DNA of 64,000 bases, from IMG/VR virus record IMGVR_UViG_3300045988_158809; one strand, written 5' to 3'. How positions within the stretch are numbered: position 1 is the first letter of the stretch; each line of letters begins with the position of its first letter. The notes under the pieces were generated by a model. That model did not search any database. It had not been told where the DNA came from and worked only from the letters and a program-made list of their open reading frames with translations. This document shows positions 25,423-33,579 of the stretch, piece by piece. Source of the stretch: a virus. Position numbers and translations under genes: made by a program.

Positions 25423-26201
25423 ATATAGAACTGAATACAATATATAACGAGGACTGTATGGAAGGTATGAAGCGTATTCCTGACGGATCGGTGGATTGCA
25501 TTATTTGTGATTTGCCGTATGGAGTATTGAATAGAGGAAATGAACATGCGCAGTGGGACTGTCCTTTACCTATGGATCAACTTTGGGCTGAATATAAAAG
25601 AGTAACAAAGGACAATGCAGCTATAATTCTTTTTGCTCAAGGAATGTTTACTGCAGATTTAATGGTTAGCAACAGGAACATGTGGAGATATAATCTGATA
25701 TGGGATAAAATGGGTAAAACGGGATTTTTGAACGCCAACAGAATGCCTCTCCGACAGCATGAAGATATATGTGTATTCTATAATTCTTTGCCGGTGTATA
25801 ATCCACAAATGGAGAAATGTGAATTGCATAAAAGAAATCATGGACGTGGAAATCTTAAATCGCCTGTAACAAATAGTTGTTATGGTAAACATATAGAAGT
25901 AAAAACTATCGAAAGTGATGAAAAATTCCCTACTTCTATTATAAGTATATCAAAGGAACATAAAATAGGGCATTTTTTTCACCCCACCCAGAAACCCGTT
26001 TCCCTCCTGAAATACCTCGTCCTCACCTACTCTAACAAAGGCGACACAATTCTTGACAACTGTATTGGAAGTGGCACAACAGCCTTAGCTTGCATAGATA
26101 CTGGGCGCAACTTCATCGGATTCGAGAAAGAAAAGAAATATTTCGACATAGCCATGAAGCGTATCGCTCAAATGAGACAACAACCAAAACTTGATTTTTA
26201 A
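25419..26201 (+). CDS. DNA methyltransferase (N6A/N4C, beta class)
   Basis: DLPY motif (CIICDLPYGV) precedes FHPTQKPVSLLKYLVLTYSNKGDTILDNCIGSGTTALAC, which is the motif IV-before-motif I order of the ParB-less N6_N4 MTase family. Confidence 0.85.
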   Translation: MNIELNTIYNEDCMEGMKRIPDGSVDCIICDLPYGVLNRGNEHAQWDCPLPMDQLWAEYKRVTKDNAAIILFAQGMFTADLMVSNRNMWRYNLIWDKMGKTGFLNANRMPLRQHEDICVFYNSLPVYNPQMEKCELHKRNHGRGNLKSPVTNSCYGKHIEVKTIESDEKFPTSIISISKEHKIGHFFHPTQKPVSLLKYLVLTYSNKGDTILDNCIGSGTTALACIDTGRNFIGFEKEKKYFDIAMKRIAQMRQQPKLDF

Positions 26202-26221
26202 TAAAAACCAAAACATACAAA

Positions 26222-26986
26222 ATGGAAAAGAAACAGACCGTTTATTTCCGGTTCCCTGCAGGAAGTGAGGGAGCGGAAAGCATGAAAAAACTCGTGGAAG
26301 CAATTACAACTTGTGAAGATAAGGCCGAAGAGCTGGCCCTGGAAATGGGAGTCACTGAATACTACCATGACAGCACGGCGGAATTCGGGGGCATTGGACT
26401 GATGAGCTTCGAACGCAAGCCGAAGTCGTCCGTTTTCAAGCAGGTGGATGTGATCAGCCATAAGGAGGGCGAATCGAAGTGTCAACTCGACAAGCTGTAT
26501 CAGCTCAACGTGGACAGCGTAGATCTGGTGATGACCGAAGAAGAAACAGAAAAGCATCTGGGCCTTACGAATGTGCTTATCAGCTCCCAGCACTACACAT
26601 GGTTGGAGATAAAGCACCGTCTTACCATTTCATCGGCTGCGCAGATGTGCGGTTACAAGCTGACCGGCGATAAGGAGCGCGACGACGAATATATCACCAT
26701 GCAACTTGGAGGAAAGAAGTTCCGCATCGTGACTGTGCTGAAATCAAAGAGCCAGCAGGCAATAGAATGGTACAAGGCCGTGAACCGCCTCCCCACTCTC
26801 CCACCCTTCACCAGCAACCAATATGCCGGTGTACCCGTGGAAGGACGGCAGCCCGTGTATTTCTTCTTCAACATAGCGGGCGATTTCTTCTGCAAGGCTC
26901 CGGCGTACAGCAGCTTTTCGCACGAGATACTGACGGAATCGGCCTTCACGAGCATTTATGAAGGACTTAATACGAATAGAACATGA
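26222..26986 (+). CDS. hypothetical protein (254 aa)
   Basis: ORF on the track, in a GC-richer segment. Confidence 0.55.
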   Translation: MEKKQTVYFRFPAGSEGAESMKKLVEAITTCEDKAEELALEMGVTEYYHDSTAEFGGIGLMSFERKPKSSVFKQVDVISHKEGESKCQLDKLYQLNVDSVDLVMTEEETEKHLGLTNVLISSQHYTWLEIKHRLTISSAAQMCGYKLTGDKERDDEYITMQLGGKKFRIVTVLKSKSQQAIEWYKAVNRLPTLPPFTSNQYAGVPVEGRQPVYFFFNIAGDFFCKAPAYSSFSHEILTESAFTSIYEGLNTNRT

Positions 26987-27115
26987 GACTACACATTGAA
27001 AAATCGGCGGGACTGTACCTCATTCCTTTCTACATAAGGCGGGGCGGTCCGGGTTATCGTGAAAAAATCATTTATTTTTTGAAGTGGCGAATTGCCGTTA
27101 TTTGGAACAAGAAAG

Positions 27116-27529
27116 ATGGACGCTAAGGAATTGAAACAGGTTTTGGAGCAGGACTTGTCGGTGCTTTCACCTCGTGAGAGAGCATACGCGCTGGCAGAAA
27201 AAATCAAAGTGTATCGTGAATATGGTATGAGAAACGTGGCGAAGGAAAAGGAGACCGACGTGGAGAAGGCTTTGCGCATGACACGCAATGTTTCCTTCCT
27301 CACCACGAAGGAAGAAAAGGAAATGTATGCGGGCGCTTTGCTGGCCGCAATCCGCTGGGGGCATAAGATTGACCGGATAAACAAGGCTTCGCAGAAGTCG
27401 GTAATTGAGCAGGCCGGTGGACAGAAGCCGGAGAAAAAAGCGGAGACGCAGGAAGAGCGAAGAGAACGCATACGCAAGAATTTTGAGAGATCTGTGAAAC
27501 TACAAGATTTTTATAGGAGATATAATTAA
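27116..27529 (+). CDS. hypothetical Lys/Glu-rich protein
   Basis: Taken from ORF 27092..27529. I prefer the ATG at 27116. Confidence 0.5.
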   Translation: MDAKELKQVLEQDLSVLSPRERAYALAEKIKVYREYGMRNVAKEKETDVEKALRMTRNVSFLTTKEEKEMYAGALLAAIRWGHKIDRINKASQKSVIEQAGGQKPEKKAETQEERRERIRKNFERSVKLQDFYRRYN

Positions 27530-28074
27530 TGTACAGATTAGACAATCTAATAGAACAGTGGGCGACGGAGTTCAAGCTTGTCTCCCACAATCCCGAAGGC
27601 GGTGCAGACGGCAAACGGTTTTTCCGCATCGACTCCATATCGGACCTGAAACCCGTTATTCTGAGTCTGACGAAAATCAAGACTCCCGTAGTGGCATACA
27701 GCACGCAGATAGAAGGCTCGTCCAACGAGGGCGGAAACGGAACGTACTATCTGGCGAACATCTACATACTCGTTCCGCAGGAGAAAACCACAGCCCCCTA
27801 CCGTGAGGACTTGAACGCGGCAAACGCCAAATATCTGGCAGTGGAGATAGCGGAAAAGCTGAAGGCATGGCTCATGGAGAAGAAGAAGAACGAAAAGCAA
27901 TACCCGGAACTGAGAGGTCTAAACCTGAAAACGGCAGCTATGGGATCATTCCCCAAACATTTCAACAACTGGTGGCCGCTCCATATCCAAATGGATTATC
28001 TGAACGCCGATTACGTGTGCGTAAATCCCGAAGACTATCACCAGGACGAAGCCGGGGAGGGCGCACAGTCATGA
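27529..28074 (+). CDS. conserved phage protein 'A', copy 1 (paralog of 56092..56598)
   Basis: Shares the blocks SHNPEGGA.GKRFFRID, KTP.V.Y.TQI, AVEIAEKL and CVNPEDY with copy 2, which lies just upstream of the tape measure gene. Confidence 0.65.
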   Translation: MYRLDNLIEQWATEFKLVSHNPEGGADGKRFFRIDSISDLKPVILSLTKIKTPVVAYSTQIEGSSNEGGNGTYYLANIYILVPQEKTTAPYREDLNAANAKYLAVEIAEKLKAWLMEKKKNEKQYPELRGLNLKTAAMGSFPKHFNNWWPLHIQMDYLNADYVCVNPEDYHQDEAGEGAQS

Positions 28075-28559
28075 AACGTCTGCCTCTTATAGTAGCCGCC
28101 TCCCTCCTCTGTGCTACCCTCTTCTTCGGATGCCGCACACAGCAGACCGGCACCACACGCATCATCACCCTTCGCGGCGACACTGTGATACGCAACCGTG
28201 TGGTACCCGTGGTATCGCCGGCAGACTCGGCCAGGATAAAAGCCCTCATGCGGTGCGACGAGAACGGACGTGTCCTCCTTGACTGGTACGAGCAGGAATG
28301 CAGCAAGAACGCGCGTCTGAAGTTCAAACTCGATTCGCTTGGCAAGCTGATGATAGACTTCGACGTTCTCCGCGATACGGTGTACATTCCCGTGGCAGAC
28401 ACAACCGTGAACCGCAGCAGCAGCGTGGAAGAAGTCAATACGGTGGAAGTGGAGCGAAAAATGCGCTGGTGGGAGAAATATCTTATAGGAGTCGGGATAT
28501 TGGCGCATGGTGTGTTAATCGGCTTCGGAATCTTTAAACTAAGGAAATTGTGGATTTGA
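28071..28559 (+). CDS. lipoprotein with a C-terminal TM helix (unimolecular-spanin-like architecture)
   Basis: Internal ATG at 28071 (ATGA overlap). Lipobox LFFGC, and C-terminal TM helix YLIGVGILAHGVLIGFGIF followed by KLRKLWI. Confidence 0.55.
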   Translation: MKRLPLIVAASLLCATLFFGCRTQQTGTTRIITLRGDTVIRNRVVPVVSPADSARIKALMRCDENGRVLLDWYEQECSKNARLKFKLDSLGKLMIDFDVLRDTVYIPVADTTVNRSSSVEEVNTVEVERKMRWWEKYLIGVGILAHGVLIGFGIFKLRKLWI

Positions 28560-28876
28560 TGAAAAAGACGAAAGTATATATCAGTCTGCCTATCTCAGGG
28601 CACGACATCGAGCAGGTGAAGAAACGCGCGGAGGAAGTGAAGCTGCGAATAGAGAACGACAGAGTGGAAGCCATTACCCCCTTCGACGTGTGCGACGAGA
28701 AAGACCGTCCATACTCCTACTACATGGGGCGCGACATCGAAGCCCTGATAGAGTGCGACGGCATCTATGTGTGCAACGGTTGGCACTCGTCGAAAGGCTG
28801 TCAGGCGGAAGTCCATGTAGCTGTGGTGTACGACAAGAAAATGGTGTTTGAGAGTAAAAGTAAGGTGTTTGTATGA
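28559..28876 (+). CDS. DUF4406-like protein (nucleoside 2-deoxyribosyltransferase-like fold)
   Basis: KVYISLPISGH...YYMGRDIEALIECDGIYVCNGWHSSKGCQAEVHVA matches the DUF4406 pattern as I remember it. Confidence 0.65.
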   Translation: MKKTKVYISLPISGHDIEQVKKRAEEVKLRIENDRVEAITPFDVCDEKDRPYSYYMGRDIEALIECDGIYVCNGWHSSKGCQAEVHVAVVYDKKMVFESKSKVFV

Positions 28877-29796
28877 AAATAGGTTTGCTTTCGGTTGACA
28901 GCAGTTATCCCAACCTCGCGCTTATGAAGATTTCCGCATATCATAAACAACGCGGCGATGAAGTGGAATGGTACTCTCCTTTCGAGCATTACGATAAGGT
29001 TTATGCAGCAAAGGTATTCAGTTTCACTCCCGATTACGGATATTACATCAATGCTGACGAGGTGGAGCGTGGCGGAACAGGCTACGACATACAGAAATGT
29101 CTGCCAAAGGAAATTGAAACCGTGCAGCCGGACTACAGCATATGTGGCTCGATAGAAAAGAATGTGGCATACGGATTTCTCACCCGCGGCTGTCCGAACC
29201 GCTGTAAATGGTGCGTCGTTCCTAAGAAAGAAGGTAAGATAGCTCCTTATATGGACGTGGAAGAAATAGCTATTGACGGCCGGAACAATCTTATTCTCAT
29301 GGATAACAACGTGCTGGCAAGCGATTACGGTATCAGTCAGATAGAAAAGATAGTGAAGCTGAAATATCGGGTAGATTTCAATCAGGGACTTGATGCCCGT
29401 CTGGTCACTCCCGAAATAGCCAAACTCCTTTCAAAGGTGAAATGGATAAAGCGAATCCGTTTCGGTTGCGACACTCTCGGACAGATAGACGATTGTGAAA
29501 AAGCCATATCACTCCTGGAGAGAAACGGTTACAAAGGTGAATACTTTTTCTACTGCATTCTTCTGGACGATTTCGACGAAGCTTTCCGGCGCGTAAACCA
29601 CTGGAAGCAGAGAGGCGGACGGTTCTATCCGCATTGCCAGCCATACCGCGACGTGAACAATCCTCACCAGATGATACCGCAATGGCAAAAGGATATGGCA
29701 AGCTGGGCAGACAAGAAGTGGATATTCAAGTCGTGCGAGTTTAAGGACTATGAGCCACGAAAAGGATTTAAGTGTAGTGCGTATTTTGAAAAGTAA
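28873..29796 (+). CDS. radical SAM enzyme with a B12-binding-like N-terminal domain
   Basis: CPNRCKWC (CxxxCxxC) preceded by GFLTRG. The N-terminus MKIGLLSVDSSYPNLALMKISAYHKQRGDEV resembles the class B radical SAM fold. Confidence 0.8.
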   Translation: MKIGLLSVDSSYPNLALMKISAYHKQRGDEVEWYSPFEHYDKVYAAKVFSFTPDYGYYINADEVERGGTGYDIQKCLPKEIETVQPDYSICGSIEKNVAYGFLTRGCPNRCKWCVVPKKEGKIAPYMDVEEIAIDGRNNLILMDNNVLASDYGISQIEKIVKLKYRVDFNQGLDARLVTPEIAKLLSKVKWIKRIRFGCDTLGQIDDCEKAISLLERNGYKGEYFFYCILLDDFDEAFRRVNHWKQRGGRFYPHCQPYRDVNNPHQMIPQWQKDMASWADKKWIFKSCEFKDYEPRKGFKCSAYFEK

Positions 29797-29893
29797 GCTT
29801 TTATAAACTACAACTCCCCCCACCCTGATTGCAGGACTTGAACTCCTCGGTTTCCGTCGCAGCCTGATAGACGATTTCAAGGGAGAGATTACA

Positions 29894-30010
29894 GTGATAA
29901 CCGACGGAGTTATCACTACAGCAGATAGAGATTTCCTGAAAAGGAATCCTGAATATGTGGAATTTTATCCGACGCAGGAATTAGATACAGTAAATCATGA
30001 GAACAAATGA
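29894..30010 (+). CDS. possible 38-aa peptide ORF (GTG start)
   Basis: The frame is open over 29807-30010 with no ATG. GTG 29894 is preceded by GGGAGAG at 6 nt. The stop overlaps the start of the ACP-like gene by 14 nt. Confidence 0.3.
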   Translation: MITDGVITTADRDFLKRNPEYVEFYPTQELDTVNHENK

Positions 30011-30533
30011 AATCAGAAAAGCGGTGTTTCGCATTATCGAGAAATATACCGATATAAAAATAAAATCGGGCACCTTACTACGCGATGATGCCGGACTTGA
30101 CAGCATGGAGCAGTTGGAAATATGCAATGATATAGAATCCGAGTTTAATTTAATCATTGAAGACAGTGAACTGTTTACCCCGAAAGTGGAGAATGCCACA
30201 GCAGGAGAAATCGTGGAAATGGTAATAGAGAAACTGAAAGAACAGGACGCGCAGCAGAAGGAAGCACCTGAAGAAGAAACGGAGGAGCAGACGGAAGAAA
30301 CATCCGATAAAAATAATGAAACAGATACATCCGGTTTAAGACGTAGGCTCGCCTTAATGATAAACGCCCGTTCTATCCTGTATTTTAATAATATGATTAC
30401 AGAATCAGAGAACGACCGCATACACTCAAAGATAATGCAGTTTGCCGAAAAGAGTAAAATTCAAATATCGCGTGCGCAAATAGATTCAGTGAATTTTACA
30501 TACGACGATAATGCTAAAGACGAGGAGGAATAA
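29997..30533 (+). CDS. acyl-carrier-protein-like domain, acidic linker and repeat domain 'X'
   Basis: LRDDAGLDSMEQLEICNDIESEFNLIIEDSELF...AGEIVEMV fits the ACP/PP-binding helix II pattern, with a DS(M) serine. The C-terminal LRRRLALMINARSILYFNNMITESENDRI... recurs in the next genes. Confidence 0.65.
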   Translation: MRTNEIRKAVFRIIEKYTDIKIKSGTLLRDDAGLDSMEQLEICNDIESEFNLIIEDSELFTPKVENATAGEIVEMVIEKLKEQDAQQKEAPEEETEEQTEETSDKNNETDTSGLRRRLALMINARSILYFNNMITESENDRIHSKIMQFAEKSKIQISRAQIDSVNFTYDDNAKDEEE

Positions 30534-30536
30534 ATT

Positions 30537-30953
30537 ATGTTTACACAATCATGTTTTATAAGGAAAAACTCTCCGGAGATTAGAGAAAAGCTTAAAGAGC
30601 TTGGATATCATGTGTACGATTTAGACATGAATAAGGATTCTCCGGCAGATTGGTGTACGGTTATTGAATCTGAAGCTGATTATGTAGGTATATGGTGTAA
30701 AGAACCTGCTAACAAAGAAAAGTTCCTTGATTGCGGAACTAATGAAGAGTTATTTCTTGCACTTGCAGCACTCAGGGATGATACCGATGCTTACCAGTGG
30801 TTTGTAAACGAAATCGGGAATGTTTGGTGGAGAACAGAGTTTGATTCTTTCCTGGAATGTTTCATTGAATCAAACGAAGATAGCGAATTAAAGTATGAAG
30901 ATTTTCATAAAGCAACACCTGAAGAACTTATCAAACATTTCAAACATGGATAA
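30537..30953 (+). CDS. hypothetical conserved phage protein
   Basis: GAGGAGGA lies upstream. The block CGTNEELFLALAALRDDTDAYQWF looks like a widespread phage family of unknown function. Ends in KHFKHG*. Confidence 0.55.
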   Translation: MFTQSCFIRKNSPEIREKLKELGYHVYDLDMNKDSPADWCTVIESEADYVGIWCKEPANKEKFLDCGTNEELFLALAALRDDTDAYQWFVNEIGNVWWRTEFDSFLECFIESNEDSELKYEDFHKATPEELIKHFKHG

Positions 30954-31188
30954 AGAGAATAAAGATTTAAGATGCAAACTTGCTTTAATGATAAATACTC
31001 GATTTTTTTTGTATGAAAATAAAATGATTACTGAAGCTGAGAATGAACGTATTTGTAAAAGAATAAACAAGTTCTCAGAGAAACATAATGTCAAATTGTC
31101 CATAGGACAGATACACGGTGTTTCTTTCGTTTATGACGATAATACTAAATTTGAAGATGTGTTAACCAAACATTTTGGACATGGATAA
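30946..31188 (+). CDS. stand-alone 'X' domain protein
   Basis: ATG at 30946. LRCKLALMINTRFFLYENKMITEAENERICKRINKFSEKHNVKLSIGQIHGVSFVYDDN parallels the C-terminus of the ACP-like protein. Ends in KHFGHG*. Confidence 0.55.
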   Translation: MDKENKDLRCKLALMINTRFFLYENKMITEAENERICKRINKFSEKHNVKLSIGQIHGVSFVYDDNTKFEDVLTKHFGHG

Positions 31189-31831
31189 AGAATACAAACG
31201 TGGTTTGCTTCGGAAGTTTTCTCCATACACGGAAGTAGATGAATTCTCAGACGAAAATGATGCTTTCGACTCTATAGTGTTAGGCTTATATCTATCATCA
31301 AGAACAAGACCTAAGCCGGAACAGGTAACAGAACAACAACTTGAAAAATTCTCAGAACAAATGAATGAAATGTCAGAAAAATACGGTAAAAGACCGATAG
31401 AAGAGGTACGGGAAATGTACCGTGGTCATATCAGAAGGATTTTAATTGGGTTAAATAATTTATATAATAATGGAGTTCTTTCAGATTCTGATTATCAGCA
31501 GGCTAAAGAAAGATTGAAAAAGGTAGCCGATGAATACAATATTGATAATTTTGAGAATCTGCCATACATAGAGGAAACACAAGATTTGATTCAAAAAGAG
31601 AATGAAGAAAAGACAGAAAGACTTGCAGAAATATTGAATGACTGCCTTGAAGAACACGGGCTCGCTCGTCTCTCTTCTGCTTCTCCCTCTCCCACCCTAC
31701 CCGTTTATGTTTTGGAGTCCAAACCGGAATTTCCAGCAATGATTAATTGCAGTTTTAAAGACGGGAAAGCAAAACGTTGTGAGTGCAGAGCAAAAGAAAG
31801 AATGACGAAGAAACAGAATAAAAGATATTAA
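31181..31831 (+). CDS. hypothetical protein with a weaker third 'X'-like segment
   Basis: The ATG at 31181 lies inside the repeated junction CATGGATAAAGA. Contains IRRILIGLNNLYNNGVLSDSDYQQAKERLKKVADEY. Confidence 0.5.
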   Translation: MDKEYKRGLLRKFSPYTEVDEFSDENDAFDSIVLGLYLSSRTRPKPEQVTEQQLEKFSEQMNEMSEKYGKRPIEEVREMYRGHIRRILIGLNNLYNNGVLSDSDYQQAKERLKKVADEYNIDNFENLPYIEETQDLIQKENEEKTERLAEILNDCLEEHGLARLSSASPSPTLPVYVLESKPEFPAMINCSFKDGKAKRCECRAKERMTKKQNKRY

Positions 31832-31832
31832 T

Positions 31833-32117
31833 ATGACAACAAACATTACAATCATAGCAGTAACCTTTCTCCTATGCTTCACATTCCTTGTGGCATACTT
31901 CGGCTACCTCATAATGAAAACTGAGATTTATAAAGTCCGCAGGTTGCTACGCATTATTGCCAGGCTAAGGAAGGAACTCTTAGAACTTAGAAAATTCTCT
32001 GATGAGACAATATATGAATGGGGTAAAGATATGGATAAAAGAAATAGTCAGTACGACGAACTTCTCGATAAATTTTATCAGTATGAATCCGCAAAACAAA
32101 ACAACAATGAACTTTAA
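31833..32117 (+). CDS. membrane-anchored coiled-coil protein
   Basis: N-terminal TM helix ITIIAVTFLLCFTFLVAYFGYLI. Confidence 0.5.
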   Translation: MTTNITIIAVTFLLCFTFLVAYFGYLIMKTEIYKVRRLLRIIARLRKELLELRKFSDETIYEWGKDMDKRNSQYDELLDKFYQYESAKQNNNEL

Positions 32118-32526
32118 ATCACTACCCACAACCAGCGAACAGCAGTCGCAAACGCTACTTAAAGCCGGACTGAATCCAAAGACTGCCGACTGTTACATAG
32201 AAGAAGACGGCCACACGATAATCGCGAGGGATGATTACAATTTGGAAATAGCATTAGATTATCGGAACCTCACTCCGTCGTGGAGTCTTTCCCGATTGTT
32301 GGATATGATGCCGTTTGAAGTTCCCGATCCTAAATCGGGATATAAACCACATCACCCTGAATTAATAAAGCGTCGTGAGGACTATGTTCTTTCGATAAGA
32401 AGATCTACAGCCGACTGTCTTGTAGGAACACATATCGAGGACAATCCGATAGAATGTGCAGTTTCTATGATAGGCTGGCTGATACGGAAAAATCATTTCA
32501 ATAAAGAATATCTAAAAAAGAAATAA
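32107..32526 (+). CDS. hypothetical protein; member of the 3-member paralog family
   Basis: Taken from ORF 32002..32526. I prefer the ATG at 32107. Contains LLKAGLNPKTADCY, TPSWSLSRLLDMMP and MIGWLIRKNHFNKEYL. Confidence 0.5.
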   Translation: MNFKSLPTTSEQQSQTLLKAGLNPKTADCYIEEDGHTIIARDDYNLEIALDYRNLTPSWSLSRLLDMMPFEVPDPKSGYKPHHPELIKRREDYVLSIRRSTADCLVGTHIEDNPIECAVSMIGWLIRKNHFNKEYLKKK

Positions 32527-32528
32527 CC

Positions 32529-32867
32529 ATGCAAATACTCAAACAAATCTACCCTACCGCCCGTGTGCCGCACCGTTGCGACCTTTGTGGCGGTACTATC
32601 AATCCAGGAGAAACATACAAAAGGACTACCGTTTCGGAAGACGGCAGAGTGTCCGATTCTGTTACGCACATACATTGCAGCAATCTTATAGACAGGCTCG
32701 ATATGGACGAATACTATGAGGGTGTTTTGATTGAGGATTACGAATGTATCGTTCAGGACTATGTTTCGGACAATCATCGTGATGATCCGCAATGGGATAT
32801 AAAGGATTTGCCGAAATGTACAAGAATGATTTATGAAGAACTTTGTAAGGAGGAAAGTAAGGTATGA
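32529..32867 (+). CDS. hypothetical Cys/His-containing protein
   Basis: ORF on the track. Contains HRCDLCGG...HIHC. Confidence 0.5.
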   Translation: MQILKQIYPTARVPHRCDLCGGTINPGETYKRTTVSEDGRVSDSVTHIHCSNLIDRLDMDEYYEGVLIEDYECIVQDYVSDNHRDDPQWDIKDLPKCTRMIYEELCKEESKV

Positions 32868-33130
32868 AAATAGCAGGATGTGTGTTCCGCCAGTCAGAAA
32901 TTCAAATAAACAACGAGAACACTTTTGCAGCACGTTACAGGAAGAGAACTATATACGTTTCGTCTGAACATGGATTCGGAAAAGCAAAAGAGCCAGGAAA
33001 GACTCGATTTTATCAGGAAGTATATGGTGATGATGGTATTTACGATATGGAATGTTATAATGATTTCCACAATATCGAGGAAGCAATTATAGATACGTTA
33101 GAAGGTGCAGGTTTAGCAAAGAACAATTAA
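32864..33130 (+). CDS. hypothetical protein (88 aa)
   Basis: TAAGGAGGA lies upstream. ATGA overlap with the previous gene. Confidence 0.5.
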   Translation: MKIAGCVFRQSEIQINNENTFAARYRKRTIYVSSEHGFGKAKEPGKTRFYQEVYGDDGIYDMECYNDFHNIEEAIIDTLEGAGLAKNN

Positions 33131-33143
33131 AAACGAAATAATT

Positions 33144-33563
33144 ATGCGAAGAATCATACAAATAGATGAATCAGAATATAATCAGCTTGTAGATAAGGCA
33201 AACCTTAACGAAAAGCAGATTGAAGAAAAGGCCGTAGCGCTTTATGAGGAGAAAGGAGTAGCTAACGTAGATATAACCGTGAAAACGGACAGCGATTGTT
33301 ATTCCTCCAGATACTTTAAATGCGGTAGCTTTGTGTGGTATAAGGATGAACGTTTCTTCATTTCTGAAAAGTTGAGAAACAATCTTAGAAAGTTTATTAC
33401 AGAACTGGTGCAGTATAAAGTAAACCAGGATTACGAAAAGCCTGAAAGGCTTGCAGAGGATTATGAACGCAAGTTGAATTTCCTTAAAAATGTGCGATAC
33501 ATTTTTTACGCTGTAGCTTTATCCGGCTGGGCCGCATTTGTAACATTATTATGTATGAAGTAA
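33144..33563 (+). CDS. hypothetical protein with a C-terminal TM helix
   Basis: The C-terminus is IFYAVALSGWAAFVTLLCM. Confidence 0.5.
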   Translation: MRRIIQIDESEYNQLVDKANLNEKQIEEKAVALYEEKGVANVDITVKTDSDCYSSRYFKCGSFVWYKDERFFISEKLRNNLRKFITELVQYKVNQDYEKPERLAEDYERKLNFLKNVRYIFYAVALSGWAAFVTLLCMK

Positions 33564-33579
33564 ATTGAAACAGTAGAAT

